Assembly (NCBI GenBank): GCA_030167145.1
Contig: CP126532.1
Coordinates: 2,970,001-3,002,000 of the forward strand
Source of the DNA: Ktedonobacterales bacterium
GTDB lineage: Bacteria > Chloroflexota > Ktedonobacteria > Ktedonobacterales > JADMIN01
Direction of reading: 5' to 3'
DNA length: 32,000 nt
Below are positions 1 through 8,556 of the stretch, piece after piece. Each line of letters opens with the position of its first letter. Position 1 is the stretch's first letter. Below the pieces are notes generated by a model, which made no database searches, was not told the origin of the DNA, and saw only the letters and a list, made by a program, of their open reading frames with translations. Made by a program: the position numbers and the translations under genes.

Positions 1-419
1 AGCGTCAGCAGCAGCCCATACACATTCGTATCAATCATCGCCTTCCAGCGCGCCGGATCGCTATCCACCAGCGGCATGCGATAGCCGAAGCCCGCGTTGG
101 CGATCAGGATATCGAGCTTGCCCCAGTGATCGAGTGTCCGCTGCACGGCGGCCCGCACATCCGCCTCCTCGCGCACATCGCCGGTCAGCGCCAGCGTCTC
201 GCCGTAATGCTCGCCGCCGAGCTTCGCCTCCTCTGCCATCCGTTCGCCCAACTGGCGCATGCGGTCGCCGCGCCGCGCGAACATCGCCACATGCGCCCCC
301 GCGCGCACCAGCTCCTCGGTGATCGCCTCGCCGATGCCGCTGCTCGCCCCCGTCACCAGCGCCACCCGCTCGTGAAGATCCGCCAGCGGGCGCGCCGCCG
401 GTTGCCGCTGCTCTGCCAT
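1..419 (-). CDS. SDR-family oxidoreductase (short-chain dehydrogenase/reductase), N-terminal part; gene runs off the left edge
   Basis: Absent from the ORF track because it has no in-window stop. My translation of the minus strand from the ATG at 419-417 reads MAEQRQPAARPLADLHERVALVTGASSGIGEAITEELVRAGAHVAMFARRGDRMRQL...KLDILIANAGFGY. It has the TGxxxGIG Rossmann motif and the NAG motif of classical SDRs. AAGGAG (429-434 on +) lies 9 nt upstream of the start. Confidence 0.8.
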   Translation of the reverse strand, partial: MAEQRQPAARPLADLHERVALVTGASSGIGEAITEELVRAGAHVAMFARRGDRMRQLGERMAEEAKLGGEHYGETLALTGDVREEADVRAAVQRTLDHWGKLDILIANAGFGYRMPLVDSDPARWKAMIDTNVYGLLLT

Positions 420-557
420 GCTGTGCTGCTCCTTTCATAATTGCCCCATTATTGTAGCGCACGCTCAAAGCCGGGTGCGCCCATCCGCCGTAAACTATGG
501 GACTATCTCTCTGTGTGAGATTGTGTGGGCATTGACGGTCTTAGGGGCGGGCAGGAG

Positions 558-1094
558 CTATCCCACAATCTGGATCGGCGTGTCGCTGCGTGCCGCCGCG
601 CGGCCACCAGGGAGCGCTGCGATCACGACCAGATCATAGAGGCCGGGCGCCAAGCTGCGCGGCAGATCGAATGTGCTGGTAAGGATGCCGCCGGTGGCTC
701 CGCCCAGCCCAGGCGCGTGCAACAGATCGTTCCAGCCAGATGGCCCCTCAGTAGCCGTGGACGCGCCTATCGCTTGCTGGAGCGCGGCTGCCGACGGGAA
801 CGGGCCGTAGAGGTGGGCGTCGGTTGCTGCCTGCGGTGATTGATTGATCGTGTTGGCGTAGACTTCCGCTCGTAGCTGGGTGATGATCGTGATGCTATCG
901 CCGGGGTGCGCGGGCGCGGGCGCGAGGACGGCGATCTGCGTGGTGAGGAAGAGCGGCTCCGTGGGCGCTGGCGTCGCCGTCACCGTCACCGTGATCTTGC
1001 CCGTCGGCGTACCGCACGCGCTGAGCAGAAGCAGGCAGGATACGAACACTAGGCCGCCTATCAGCTTGATCGTCGCCACGCGCCGTTGAAACAT
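558..1094 (-). CDS. hypothetical lipoprotein
   Basis: ORF 558..1148(-). Preferred start is the internal ATG at 1094 (MFQRRVATIKLIGGLVFVSCLLLLSACG), giving a signal peptide plus an L-S-A-C lipobox. No family recognised. Confidence 0.55.
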   Translation of the reverse strand: MFQRRVATIKLIGGLVFVSCLLLLSACGTPTGKITVTVTATPAPTEPLFLTTQIAVLAPAPAHPGDSITIITQLRAEVYANTINQSPQAATDAHLYGPFPSAAALQQAIGASTATEGPSGWNDLLHAPGLGGATGGILTSTFDLPRSLAPGLYDLVVIAALPGGRAAARSDTPIQIVG

Positions 1095-1132
1095 GAGGAA
1101 CAGCCCCTTCCTGGATTGAGGCAAACATCGTA

Positions 1133-1161
1133 ACCGCCGACGCTCCACAGGCGTCGGCGGT
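1133..1161 (-). terminator. possible terminator hairpin downstream of the 1226..1960 gene
   Basis: Perfect 11-bp stem accgccgacgc (1133-1143) / gcgtcggcggt (1151-1161) with a 7-nt loop, 65 nt after the minus-strand stop at 1226. The trailing minus-strand sequence tacgatgtttgcc is only weakly U-rich. Confidence 0.3.
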
Positions 1162-1225
1162 CAAACGACGAGCAGAGTCAATACTACAACGTGTCAGCGT
1201 GCGGGTTGAAGCAGAGCCTGCCCAA

Positions 1226-1960
1226 TCAACTGCAGTTGCCAAGGTCTAGGTTCGGCGTAGTGTAGTCCCAGCTGGAGCCGTAGCGTGTAAACGTCGTCTG
1301 CTGGTTACCGCACTGGTAGAAGTGCTGTGAGGTGCTGGTACTGGCGTTCCAGCTACCCCACGAGGGCATGAAAGTGTAGGTCTGACCTGGGACTGGAGAG
1401 CCGACGGTCTTGTTTGCAGCCCCATGCGTAGCGCCCCCGCAGTACACATACGACGAGATGCCGGCGTGGATCACAGCTTTCGAAGCCGCTACGCTGCGAT
1501 CAAGCCGAGTCCAAATGGCGTCATAGCCATCTCCAATGAGCGAATAGCAGGCGAAACCGTGGTCGGAGCCAGTGACGAAGTTTATCGTGAGCGACATGGT
1601 CCAGGAGCATGATGGGTCGCAGAAGTTCTGGTCTTTGTAACCCAAAGGAGCGGGGCCGCCATAGAAGATCCAGTCAGGGATGCCAGTCTTATAGGTGCGC
1701 TGTAGCACTGCGTGACTGGCAATGACAATTTGCTTCTCATAGACGTAAACGGGCAGATGGAGGACCTGACCTGTCGCCCGATTACGCAATGGAGCGCTGA
1801 GGGTTGCGATCAGGTAGCTATTGAATGTACCCGCACCCGACACTCTTGATACGTGGGCTTGCTGCGCATCTACACGCGAGGGAAGTACGAGCGAGCCGAG
1901 CACAACTGCGGTAAGGACAATTGTCGTGGTCAAAGATCCAAGCAGCCAACATGATCTCAT
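1226..1960 (-). CDS. secreted Cys-rich hypothetical protein (no family recognised)
   Basis: 244-aa ORF with an N-terminal signal peptide (MRSCWLLGSLTTTIVLTAVVLGSLVLPSRVDA|QQ). The mature part has 8 Cys and is rich in Y/W/S/T/G. Codons are visibly less GC3-biased than in neighbouring genes. Confidence 0.6.
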   Translation of the reverse strand: MRSCWLLGSLTTTIVLTAVVLGSLVLPSRVDAQQAHVSRVSGAGTFNSYLIATLSAPLRNRATGQVLHLPVYVYEKQIVIASHAVLQRTYKTGIPDWIFYGGPAPLGYKDQNFCDPSCSWTMSLTINFVTGSDHGFACYSLIGDGYDAIWTRLDRSVAASKAVIHAGISSYVYCGGATHGAANKTVGSPVPGQTYTFMPSWGSWNASTSTSQHFYQCGNQQTTFTRYGSSWDYTTPNLDLGNCS

Positions 1961-2029
1961 GTTTCCGCCCCCCCAGTTCCTGCACCTGCGCGCGTAGGGC
2001 CGCGTTCTCTTTCTCCGGCTCCCCGCGCG

Positions 2030-2340
2030 TCACGGCCCTAGTCTACCAACCTCTGTGAACGATGTCAAGACGTCGGCCGTTCGATGTTGAGAAATCGGCC
2101 ATATCGGGACGAGTAGTTCAACAAGTCGCCGCTGGTGAGCCGCTTGCTGCTCCAAGCTGTGACGGAAACGGTAGCTTTCGCCCTCAAGCAGCAGGACTAG
2201 AGTTTGTCGGTGAATCCCAATTGCTTCCGCCATCTGTGGCAGGAGGAGGATGCCTAGCACGCCCGCTATACGGTGTCGCGGTCAGCACGCTCGCCAAGCT
2301 ACACAACCCGCTGGCAAGACCTGCTTCATGCGCGGTAAAT
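2030..2340 (-). pseudogene. possible degraded IS remnant (IstB-like C-terminal fragment of an IS21-family helper ATPase?)
   Basis: Minus-strand frames are broken by stops and frame changes. One frame reads ...AEAIGIHRQTLVLLLEGESYRFRHSLEQQ, resembling the conserved IstB C-terminus (...DRLLHH....GESYRLR..). No intact ORF or start context. The call rests on a single short motif. Confidence 0.25.
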
Positions 2341-2380
2341 ATCAGATAACGACCATGAAACCATAAGGAGAACACCACCC

Positions 2381-4210
2381 GTGACCACCAGCACCACGCT
2401 CCCGCACTGGGATATGACCGTCGTCTATCCCAGCATGGCTTCCCCCGCATTCGCCCAGGGCTTCCAGGATGTGATAGACGCCATCGCCGCCCTGAGCGCC
2501 CTCTTCGATCAGCACGGCATCAATCAGCGTCCGCCCGCGACCGTGGATGACGCCACCGTGCGCACCTTCGAGACCGTCACCCAGCAATACAACGCCCTGC
2601 TCGAGCAGGTGCAAACGCTCAGCGCCTACATTGCCGCCTTCGTCAGCACCAACTCCCGCGACGACCTCGCCCAGGCGCGCCAAAGCGAACTGCGCCAGCA
2701 TCTCGTCAAGCTCTCGCTGCTCGGCACCCGCTTCACCGCCTGGATCGGCTCGCTGGATGTCGAGCAATTGATCGCTGCATCGCCTATCGCCCGCGACCAC
2801 GCCTTCGCCCTGCGCCAGACCCGCATCCGCGCCGAACACCTGATGAGTCCCGCCGAAGAAGAACTTGCCGCCGAGCTAAACGTCAGCGGTGGCGCGGCCT
2901 GGGTCAAGCTCCACGGCAACCTCACCTCGCAACTGACCGTTACCTTGCCCACAGATGGCGCCACCAGTGCCACCAGCGCCACCGGCGCGACCCGTGAGCT
3001 ACCGATGAGCGAGATTCGCAACCTCGCCTACGACCCCGACCGCGCCGTGCGCCGCCGCGCCTACGATGCCGAGCTAGCCGCCTGGGAGCGCGCCGCCGTC
3101 CCGCTGGCCGCCGCCATGAACAGCCTCAAAGGCCAGGGCAACACCCTCGCCCAGCATCGTGGCTGGCCCTCCCCGCTCGACTCCGCCATCTTCGAGGCCA
3201 ACATTGACCGCGCAACCCTCGATGCCATGATGACCGCCGCCCACGAGTCCTTCCCGGACTTCCGTCGCTACCTCCGCGCCAAAGCCCGTGTCCTGGGCAT
3301 TCCCACGCTAGCCTGGTACGACCTCTTCGCGCCCGTCGGCGGCAGCGACCGCTCGTGGGATTTCGACGAAGCCGCGCGCTACATCGTCGCGCAGTTCGGC
3401 ACATATTCCCAGCGCCTCAGCGACTTCGCCGCCCGCGCCTTTGCCGGACGCTGGATTGACGCCGAGCCGCGCCCCGGCAAGCAGGACGGCGCGTATTGCA
3501 TGCCGCTGCGTGGTGATGAGTCGCGTGTCTTCGCCAACTTCAAACCTGCGTTCGGCGGCATGAGCACCCTCGCCCACGAGCTAGGCCACGGCTACCACAA
3601 CCTTAACCTCGCCGCGCGCACCCCCTTGCAGCGCCAGACACCGATGACGCTGGCCGAAACCGCCAGCATCTTCTGCGAGACCATCGTGCGCCACGCCGCC
3701 CTCAAAGAGGCCGATACCCAGGAGCAGATCGCCATTCTCGAAGCCTCGCTTCAGGGTAGCTGCCAGGTCGTCGTAGACATCACCAGCCGGTTCCTCTTCG
3801 AGCAGCGCGTCTTCGCGGCGCGCCAGCAGCGCGAGCTGGCGGTGGATGAACTCAACGCGCAAATGCTTCAGGCGCAGCGCGACACCTACGGCGACGGCCT
3901 GGACCCCAACGCCCTGCATCCCTACATGTGGGCCGTCAAGTCACATTACTACAGCGTCGGTCGCCCGTTCTACAACTTCCCGTACATGTTCGGCCTGCTC
4001 TTCGGTCTTGGCCTCTACGCCCGCTATCAGCGCGACCCCGAAGCCTTTACGCGCGGCTACGATGATCTGCTCTCGTCCACCGGCATGGACGACGCCGCCA
4101 CGCTGGCGGCGCGCTTCGGCATAGACACGCGCACGCCCGATTTCTGGCGCGACAGCCTGGCCATTGTCCGCGCCGATGTAGACCGCTTCGAATCACTCAT
4201 CGCCGGTTGA
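2381..4210 (+). CDS. pepF: M3-family oligoendopeptidase (PepF-like zinc metallopeptidase)
   Basis: 609-aa ORF with a GTG start preceded by AAGGAG (2365-2370). HExxH zinc site in STLAHELGHGYHNLN. Length and overall layout are typical of M3B oligoendopeptidase F. Confidence 0.88.
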   Translation: MTTSTTLPHWDMTVVYPSMASPAFAQGFQDVIDAIAALSALFDQHGINQRPPATVDDATVRTFETVTQQYNALLEQVQTLSAYIAAFVSTNSRDDLAQARQSELRQHLVKLSLLGTRFTAWIGSLDVEQLIAASPIARDHAFALRQTRIRAEHLMSPAEEELAAELNVSGGAAWVKLHGNLTSQLTVTLPTDGATSATSATGATRELPMSEIRNLAYDPDRAVRRRAYDAELAAWERAAVPLAAAMNSLKGQGNTLAQHRGWPSPLDSAIFEANIDRATLDAMMTAAHESFPDFRRYLRAKARVLGIPTLAWYDLFAPVGGSDRSWDFDEAARYIVAQFGTYSQRLSDFAARAFAGRWIDAEPRPGKQDGAYCMPLRGDESRVFANFKPAFGGMSTLAHELGHGYHNLNLAARTPLQRQTPMTLAETASIFCETIVRHAALKEADTQEQIAILEASLQGSCQVVVDITSRFLFEQRVFAARQQRELAVDELNAQMLQAQRDTYGDGLDPNALHPYMWAVKSHYYSVGRPFYNFPYMFGLLFGLGLYARYQRDPEAFTRGYDDLLSSTGMDDAATLAARFGIDTRTPDFWRDSLAIVRADVDRFESLIAG

Positions 4211-4224
4211 TCGCGGACACCACA

Positions 4225-5853
4225 CTACCATCCCTGCGGATGCGGCGTCAGCAGCGCCTCCATCACGTTCGCCATCAGACGCTGCATCCCAGGCTCCGCG
4301 CGATTCTGCCCCACGCAATTGTTGCCGGAGATCAGCCGGAAATTATCCAGCGCATACGACCAGTAGATCGAGCCTGCGGCGAAGACCAGCGCCCCCGACG
4401 GCGCGACATAGTACGCCGTATTACTCGTGTCGCTCATCCCGTCGTGGTTGGTCACGGGCGAACTACCCAGCACGTGCAGCCCCGGCGGCGTCGCGCCGTT
4501 GTCGTAGACCCTGTCCCACTCGTAGCCCACATAGTCGCAGCCATAGCTCGTGCCGGGGACCAGTCCCGTTCCCGCCAGCAGCGGCGACGACGCGCCCGCG
4601 TCGAGCCGCCAGGGGAAACCGATGCTCTGCGACCAACTCGAATACATGATGCCCATCAGCGCATTCTCTGGGTGGCCGATCAGCGGGTCGCGCCAGGTGA
4701 TCGTCAGCAGCGCGTTATTCTGGCCGTAGAACGGGTCGGTGAAGGCCAGCTTATAGCAGACGATGGTGCGGTCCGGCGTCCCCTGGCTATCCGCCTCATA
4801 GCGAATCTGCCAATAGGCGTCGTTGCCGCCAAGAAACGCCACCCCCAGCCCCGCGTCGCGCGCCAGATTATAGTTATTCCGCATTTGCAGCGACCAGTAT
4901 TCATCGTGGCCCAGATCAATGATCGCCCTATGGGTCAGCAGATCCAGCCCGGCGTTGTTCAGATCCACGCTGCTCATATACGAGACATCGTAACTCTGCT
5001 GCTCCATCCAGCGGATTGCGTCAATCTCGTAGGGCAAACCCTGGCTCAGCCCCGGACCAGAGTTAGGCCGGTCGAATGAAACCTTCGCGCCGCGCCCGCC
5101 ATTGGGGCCGAGGTATAGGCTATAGCCGCCCCATTCGTTGTATGCCTCATAGGTGTTATCTGAGGTGACGACTAGATATGCCGTGTTTGGCGCTCCACGC
5201 ACATCGAACTGCACATACGTCTGCTTGCCGCTCTTCTCGGTGAACTTGGCATAGTACACCCCCGTCACCCAGTCCTCAGGGATGGCCAGCTTCAGCGAGG
5301 GCTGCCACCGCGCCTCCACCAATCCGGTGCTGGCGTCCACCAGGCAGCTCGCGCACCCCACCAGCGCGCTCGTCGTGTAATCATAATAGCCCTGCGCCTG
5401 CCCCGTGGCCGACGTGGAGTAGAGCAGCCGCCCACCCACGCCACCGTACCAGCCCAGACGATACACCTCTACCGTATAGGGCGTGCCGGCCTGTGGCGTG
5501 CTCACGTAGAAGGTCAGCGTATCGCCAGGGACAACCGAAGTCGCGCTGGCATACGCTTGAATCTCGGTCGTCGCCAGCTCGCCCGAAGGGATAATCCAGC
5601 CAGCGGAGCCGGGTTGCGCGTTCTCCTGCGCAATGACATTGCTATGGCTCGGTGGCGGCGTGGGTGTCGTGTACGGATTCGCTGTCGCCGTGGCGCTGGC
5701 CTGGGGCCGCGGCGTGGCGGTTGGCGTCTGGCCGCCGCTGCTCTCCCCTGGCGCGCACGAGAGCGTCAGGCACGCGACCAGCAGCAATAACAACGGCAGC
5801 ACAGCGGCACGGCGTCTTCGGGGCGCTCTCAGCATGCGACCACTCTCCCACAC
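4225..5853 (-). CDS. secreted/lipoprotein with an N,N-dimethylformamidase beta-subunit-like domain (family call tentative)
   Basis: 542-aa ORF (alternative ATG start at 5835). Signal peptide with LVAC/LSC lipobox-like sites, then a T/P-rich linker. The segment IIDLGHDEYWSLQMRNNYNLARDAGLGVAFLGGNDAYWQIRYE matches my memory of the conserved GH(D/S)EYW...GGN..YW core of DMFase-large-subunit-like proteins. Confidence 0.6.
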   Translation of the reverse strand: MWESGRMLRAPRRRRAAVLPLLLLLVACLTLSCAPGESSGGQTPTATPRPQASATATANPYTTPTPPPSHSNVIAQENAQPGSAGWIIPSGELATTEIQAYASATSVVPGDTLTFYVSTPQAGTPYTVEVYRLGWYGGVGGRLLYSTSATGQAQGYYDYTTSALVGCASCLVDASTGLVEARWQPSLKLAIPEDWVTGVYYAKFTEKSGKQTYVQFDVRGAPNTAYLVVTSDNTYEAYNEWGGYSLYLGPNGGRGAKVSFDRPNSGPGLSQGLPYEIDAIRWMEQQSYDVSYMSSVDLNNAGLDLLTHRAIIDLGHDEYWSLQMRNNYNLARDAGLGVAFLGGNDAYWQIRYEADSQGTPDRTIVCYKLAFTDPFYGQNNALLTITWRDPLIGHPENALMGIMYSSWSQSIGFPWRLDAGASSPLLAGTGLVPGTSYGCDYVGYEWDRVYDNGATPPGLHVLGSSPVTNHDGMSDTSNTAYYVAPSGALVFAAGSIYWSYALDNFRLISGNNCVGQNRAEPGMQRLMANVMEALLTPHPQGW

Positions 5854-5967
5854 TCCACACAGATCCCGTGCCCATTCATCCCCATGTATAATACGTCGTC
5901 AAGATAGCCAGCGCTTGCGTCAAATCACAATGCCCCGCGACATGCATACCGCGTAGCCCGCTTCATA

Positions 5968-7080
5968 TTACGTTCGCCTGCCGTGCAGCAGTTCATAGCA
6001 GAGTTGCTCGTGATAGTCCGTGACGATGTCCCAGCTATAGCGCGAACTCACATGCTCGCGGGCCACCGTGCGGCGCTCCGCCACCAGCTCCGGCGCATCC
6101 AGCAGCATCCGCAGCACGCGGCTCAGATCGCAGGCGTCGCCAGTCTTGAAGGGGAAGCCGATGGGCGCGGCGGGTTCCAGATTCTGCGGGATGTCGCTCA
6201 CCACAACGCAGTTGTGTAGCGCCATGGCTTCCAGCAACGTCAGCGCAATGCCCTCCGCCGTGCTGGGCAGCACATAGAGATAGGCGTTGCTATACAGCGT
6301 CGTCAGTTCCTCGCCATAGCGAAAGCCCAGAAAACGCACGTTTGGCCCCGCCATCGCCCGCAGCCGCTCGGCGTACTCCGGCAGGTGTTGCGCGTCCCCC
6401 GCGATCACCAGCGGCATCTCCGTATGGAGGCTATTATACGCCTCGATCAGCGTATGCACCTCTTTCTCCGGCACCAGCCTGCCAACAAAAAGTATATAGT
6501 TGCGATGCTCCAACCCAAACTCATGCAGATACTCGACAGGTTTGGGCGAAGGCAGCGTCGCGCCCGTGGAAACGAAGAAGCTATCCCAGCCATAGCGCTC
6601 GCGCAGGTCGTTGCGCAGCCAGTGCGCGATGGTCGCGGTGCGCGTCGCGCAGACCGGCGCCAGCTTCTCGCTCAGCGAAAAGAGCCGTGCGGGCAGCCCT
6701 TTCCACTTGTCCTGGCGCCACTCCTGTCCGTGCAAGATCAACGCGGTCGGTTTGCCAAACATGCGCGGGATAAACGTCAGCGGCCCATTGCCAGCGCTAT
6801 GATACAGCACCACGTCCGCGCGCCGCAGCGACACATCCATCGTCGCGAAGAACGTATGACTCAGCGTATCGGTGACACGTCCATTGAGCGTCGGCAGGCG
6901 GCGCAAGCGCACCCCACGGTAGCGCTTGCGGGCGATCTCGCGCGTGGTGTAGTAGGACCGGCAATACACCGTCACGTCGTGCCCACGCTCGGCCAAGCGC
7001 ACCGCCACCTCTTCGGTGTAGCGCTCGATGCCGCCGTAGGTTGCCGGAATGCCCTTCAATCCCAAAATCGCGATACGCAC
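5968..7080 (-). CDS. glycosyltransferase family 4 (GT-B, DUF1972-like N-terminus)
   Basis: 370 aa with a GTG start. N-terminus MRIAILGLKGIPATYGGIERYTEEVAVRLAERGHDVTVYC. C-terminal EX7E-type motif PSTAEGIALTLLEAMALHNCVVVSD. Confidence 0.85.
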   Translation of the reverse strand: MRIAILGLKGIPATYGGIERYTEEVAVRLAERGHDVTVYCRSYYTTREIARKRYRGVRLRRLPTLNGRVTDTLSHTFFATMDVSLRRADVVLYHSAGNGPLTFIPRMFGKPTALILHGQEWRQDKWKGLPARLFSLSEKLAPVCATRTATIAHWLRNDLRERYGWDSFFVSTGATLPSPKPVEYLHEFGLEHRNYILFVGRLVPEKEVHTLIEAYNSLHTEMPLVIAGDAQHLPEYAERLRAMAGPNVRFLGFRYGEELTTLYSNAYLYVLPSTAEGIALTLLEAMALHNCVVVSDIPQNLEPAAPIGFPFKTGDACDLSRVLRMLLDAPELVAERRTVAREHVSSRYSWDIVTDYHEQLCYELLHGRRT

Positions 7081-7132
7081 CTCGTCTTCATCTCCTTTTC
7101 ATCAAATCTCCGGCGCGGATACCCCGCCCTTC

Positions 7133-8517
7133 AACGTTTGGTGTGAGATGCATCGCGTTGGCGTATCATGCGGACTCACGCCGTAACCGTTTCGCATCAT
7201 CAAGCCCAACCGTACTGCCAGAATCTGGGAAACAAGCCTCTTGGCCCAAAACAATTCACACCAAACGTTTCAGGGCTGGGAAGGAAGCGTCGCTCTCCTT
7301 TCCTGTACTACTACCGCTTGACAGGCATAGAACGCCTGTGCTAGCACATGCTTATGAGCAAAACACTCACCCGTACTATCTGTATCAAACTGGACGTGGA
7401 CGGCCATGAGGCAACCTTGGCCGCGACGCAACGCGCGTTTAACGCTGCCGCGTCCTGGATTGCCCAGGTGTGCTGGTATGAGGGTATTACCAACACCAAC
7501 ACCGCGCATCACCGTGTGTACGGCGAAACCCGCCTGAACTTTGGCTTGGGTGCGCAACTGGCGGTCTGCGCGCGAGCGAAGGCAGTGGAAGCCATCAAGG
7601 CGGTGAAGGCGCGACATGAGGAGACCTGCCCGCAGTTTGGACCGCGCGGCAGTGTGCGTTATGACGCGCGCACTTACCGGTTGATGAGCCTGGATAGAGT
7701 GTCGCTCAACACCCTGGATGGGCGGGTAGTCTGCCGTTTGGTATTGGGACCGCGCCAACATGCCATGTTGATAGACCCAGCGTGGGAGATTGGTGGCGCT
7801 GATCTGGTCTGGCGGCGCGGCGTCTCCTATCTGCATGTCACCCAAAGCCGGGAAGCCCCAGAAACGCCGGAGGCGTCTGAGCCAGATGGGGGCACGCTCG
7901 GTGTTGACTTGGGCATCGTGAACCTCGCCACCGATAGCGACGGCGAGACGTTCAGCGGCGCACACGTCACCATCGTTCGCAAACGGTATCACCTGCGCCG
8001 CCAGCGATTGCAGACCGTCGGCACCAAGAACGCCAAACGTCGCCTCAGGAAGACTTCGGGCAAGGAGCGTCGCTTTCAGCGGGACGTGAATCACGGAATC
8101 AGCAAGGCGCTGGTCGCCAAAGCCGCCGTATCGTGCAAGGCAATCGCTCTTGAAGACCTCACGGGGATTCGACAGCGGGTGACGGTTCGACACGAACATC
8201 GCTACGTGCGGCATGCCTGGGCTTTCTTTCAACTCCGCCAGTTCGTCACCTACAAAGCCGCGTGGGCCGGTGTGCCGGCGCATCTGGTGAATCCCAAGAA
8301 CACCAGCCGCACCTGCTCGGCCTGTGGCCATTGTGAGAAGGCGAATCGCAAGAGCCAAGAGACGTTCCTTTGCCAGCGATGTGGCTTTACGCTGAACGCG
8401 GACTACAATGCCGCCATCAACATCAGCAGAAAAGAATGGGCCGCAGTCAACCGGCCTATGGCGTCACCCCTCGCGGGGTAGGTGCAAGCCTCCGGCTTGA
8501 GCCGTGGGGTTGTTGAC
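7133..8517 (+). mobile_element. IS200/IS605-family TnpB-only element (IS1341-like); right end inferred at 8517, left end unresolved (7133 is the outermost plausible position)
   Basis: Contains tnpB and no tnpA. The right end is inferred from the conserved-looking terminal hairpin plus ...GGGGTTGTTGAC (8506-8517), which resembles terminal sequences I recall from related elements. The left limit is set at the outer arm of a 14-bp inverted repeat (7133-7146 / 7256-7269). The octamer caagcctc occurs near both ends (7233-7240 and 8484-8491). Confidence 0.45.
7348..8481 (+). CDS. tnpB: TnpB, RNA-guided RuvC-type endonuclease (OMEGA nuclease, IS200/IS605 accessory protein)
   Basis: 377 aa (alternative ATG at 7354). 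RuvC motifs in canonical order: GVDLGIVNLATDSDGE (D), KAIALEDLTGIRQR (E), TLNADYNAAINISR (D). Zinc ribbon TCSACGHCEKANRKSQETFLCQRCGF. The N-terminal half is typical of IS1341-type OrfB. Confidence 0.9.
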   Translation: MLMSKTLTRTICIKLDVDGHEATLAATQRAFNAAASWIAQVCWYEGITNTNTAHHRVYGETRLNFGLGAQLAVCARAKAVEAIKAVKARHEETCPQFGPRGSVRYDARTYRLMSLDRVSLNTLDGRVVCRLVLGPRQHAMLIDPAWEIGGADLVWRRGVSYLHVTQSREAPETPEASEPDGGTLGVDLGIVNLATDSDGETFSGAHVTIVRKRYHLRRQRLQTVGTKNAKRRLRKTSGKERRFQRDVNHGISKALVAKAAVSCKAIALEDLTGIRQRVTVRHEHRYVRHAWAFFQLRQFVTYKAAWAGVPAHLVNPKNTSRTCSACGHCEKANRKSQETFLCQRCGFTLNADYNAAINISRKEWAAVNRPMASPLAG

Positions 8518-8533
8518 CTCCTTTGCTCTCCCG
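8360..8533 (+). ncRNA. predicted omega-RNA (reRNA) scaffold overlapping the tnpB 3' end, plus a ~16-nt guide-equivalent flank; 5' boundary nominal
   Basis: In characterised TnpB systems the guide RNA derives from the tnpB 3' end and right end, and reads into flanking DNA. Here a hairpin at 8489-8508 (cctccggc-ttga-gccgtggg, one mismatch and one G.U) lies just after the stop (8479-8481). GTTGAC follows at 8512-8517. The flank ctcctttgctctcccg (8518-8533) would be the guide. Confidence 0.35.
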
Positions 8534-8556
8534 CGCGACTGACCCCACTGGCGCGA

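Noticed and set aside
451-456. TACAAT (minus strand) as a -10 box for the SDR gene
   Set aside because: There is no acceptable -35 element at 16-18 nt spacing. Promoter consensus for this unknown taxon is also uncertain, so I did not report it as a feature.
61-468. ORFs 61..468(-), 126..440(+) and 134..322(+) listed in the track
   Set aside because: They are Arg/Ala/Gly-rich frames typical of off-frame translation in high-GC DNA. A different minus-strand frame gives a clean SDR protein with the TGASSGIG motif and an RBS.
2960-2986. 9-nt tandem repeat gccaccagt/gccaccagc/gccaccggc inside pepF (ATSATSATG)
   Set aside because: It is a short low-complexity in-frame insertion in a surface loop of an otherwise ordinary M3 peptidase, and nothing suggests a separate function.
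4207-5079. Long antisense or alternative-frame ORFs across the window (for example 4207..5079+, 6385..7146+, 7270..8358-, 8482..9450+, 9234..10412+, 14225..15274-, 14310..15296+, 15823..16602-, 16756..17532-, 17827..18888-, 20700..21707-, 24024..24671-, 27260..29269+)
   Set aside because: Each overlaps a gene with clear family motifs on the other strand or frame. Their translations are low-complexity R/A/G/P/H-rich with no motifs or RBS. These are shadow ORFs expected in high-GC sequence.
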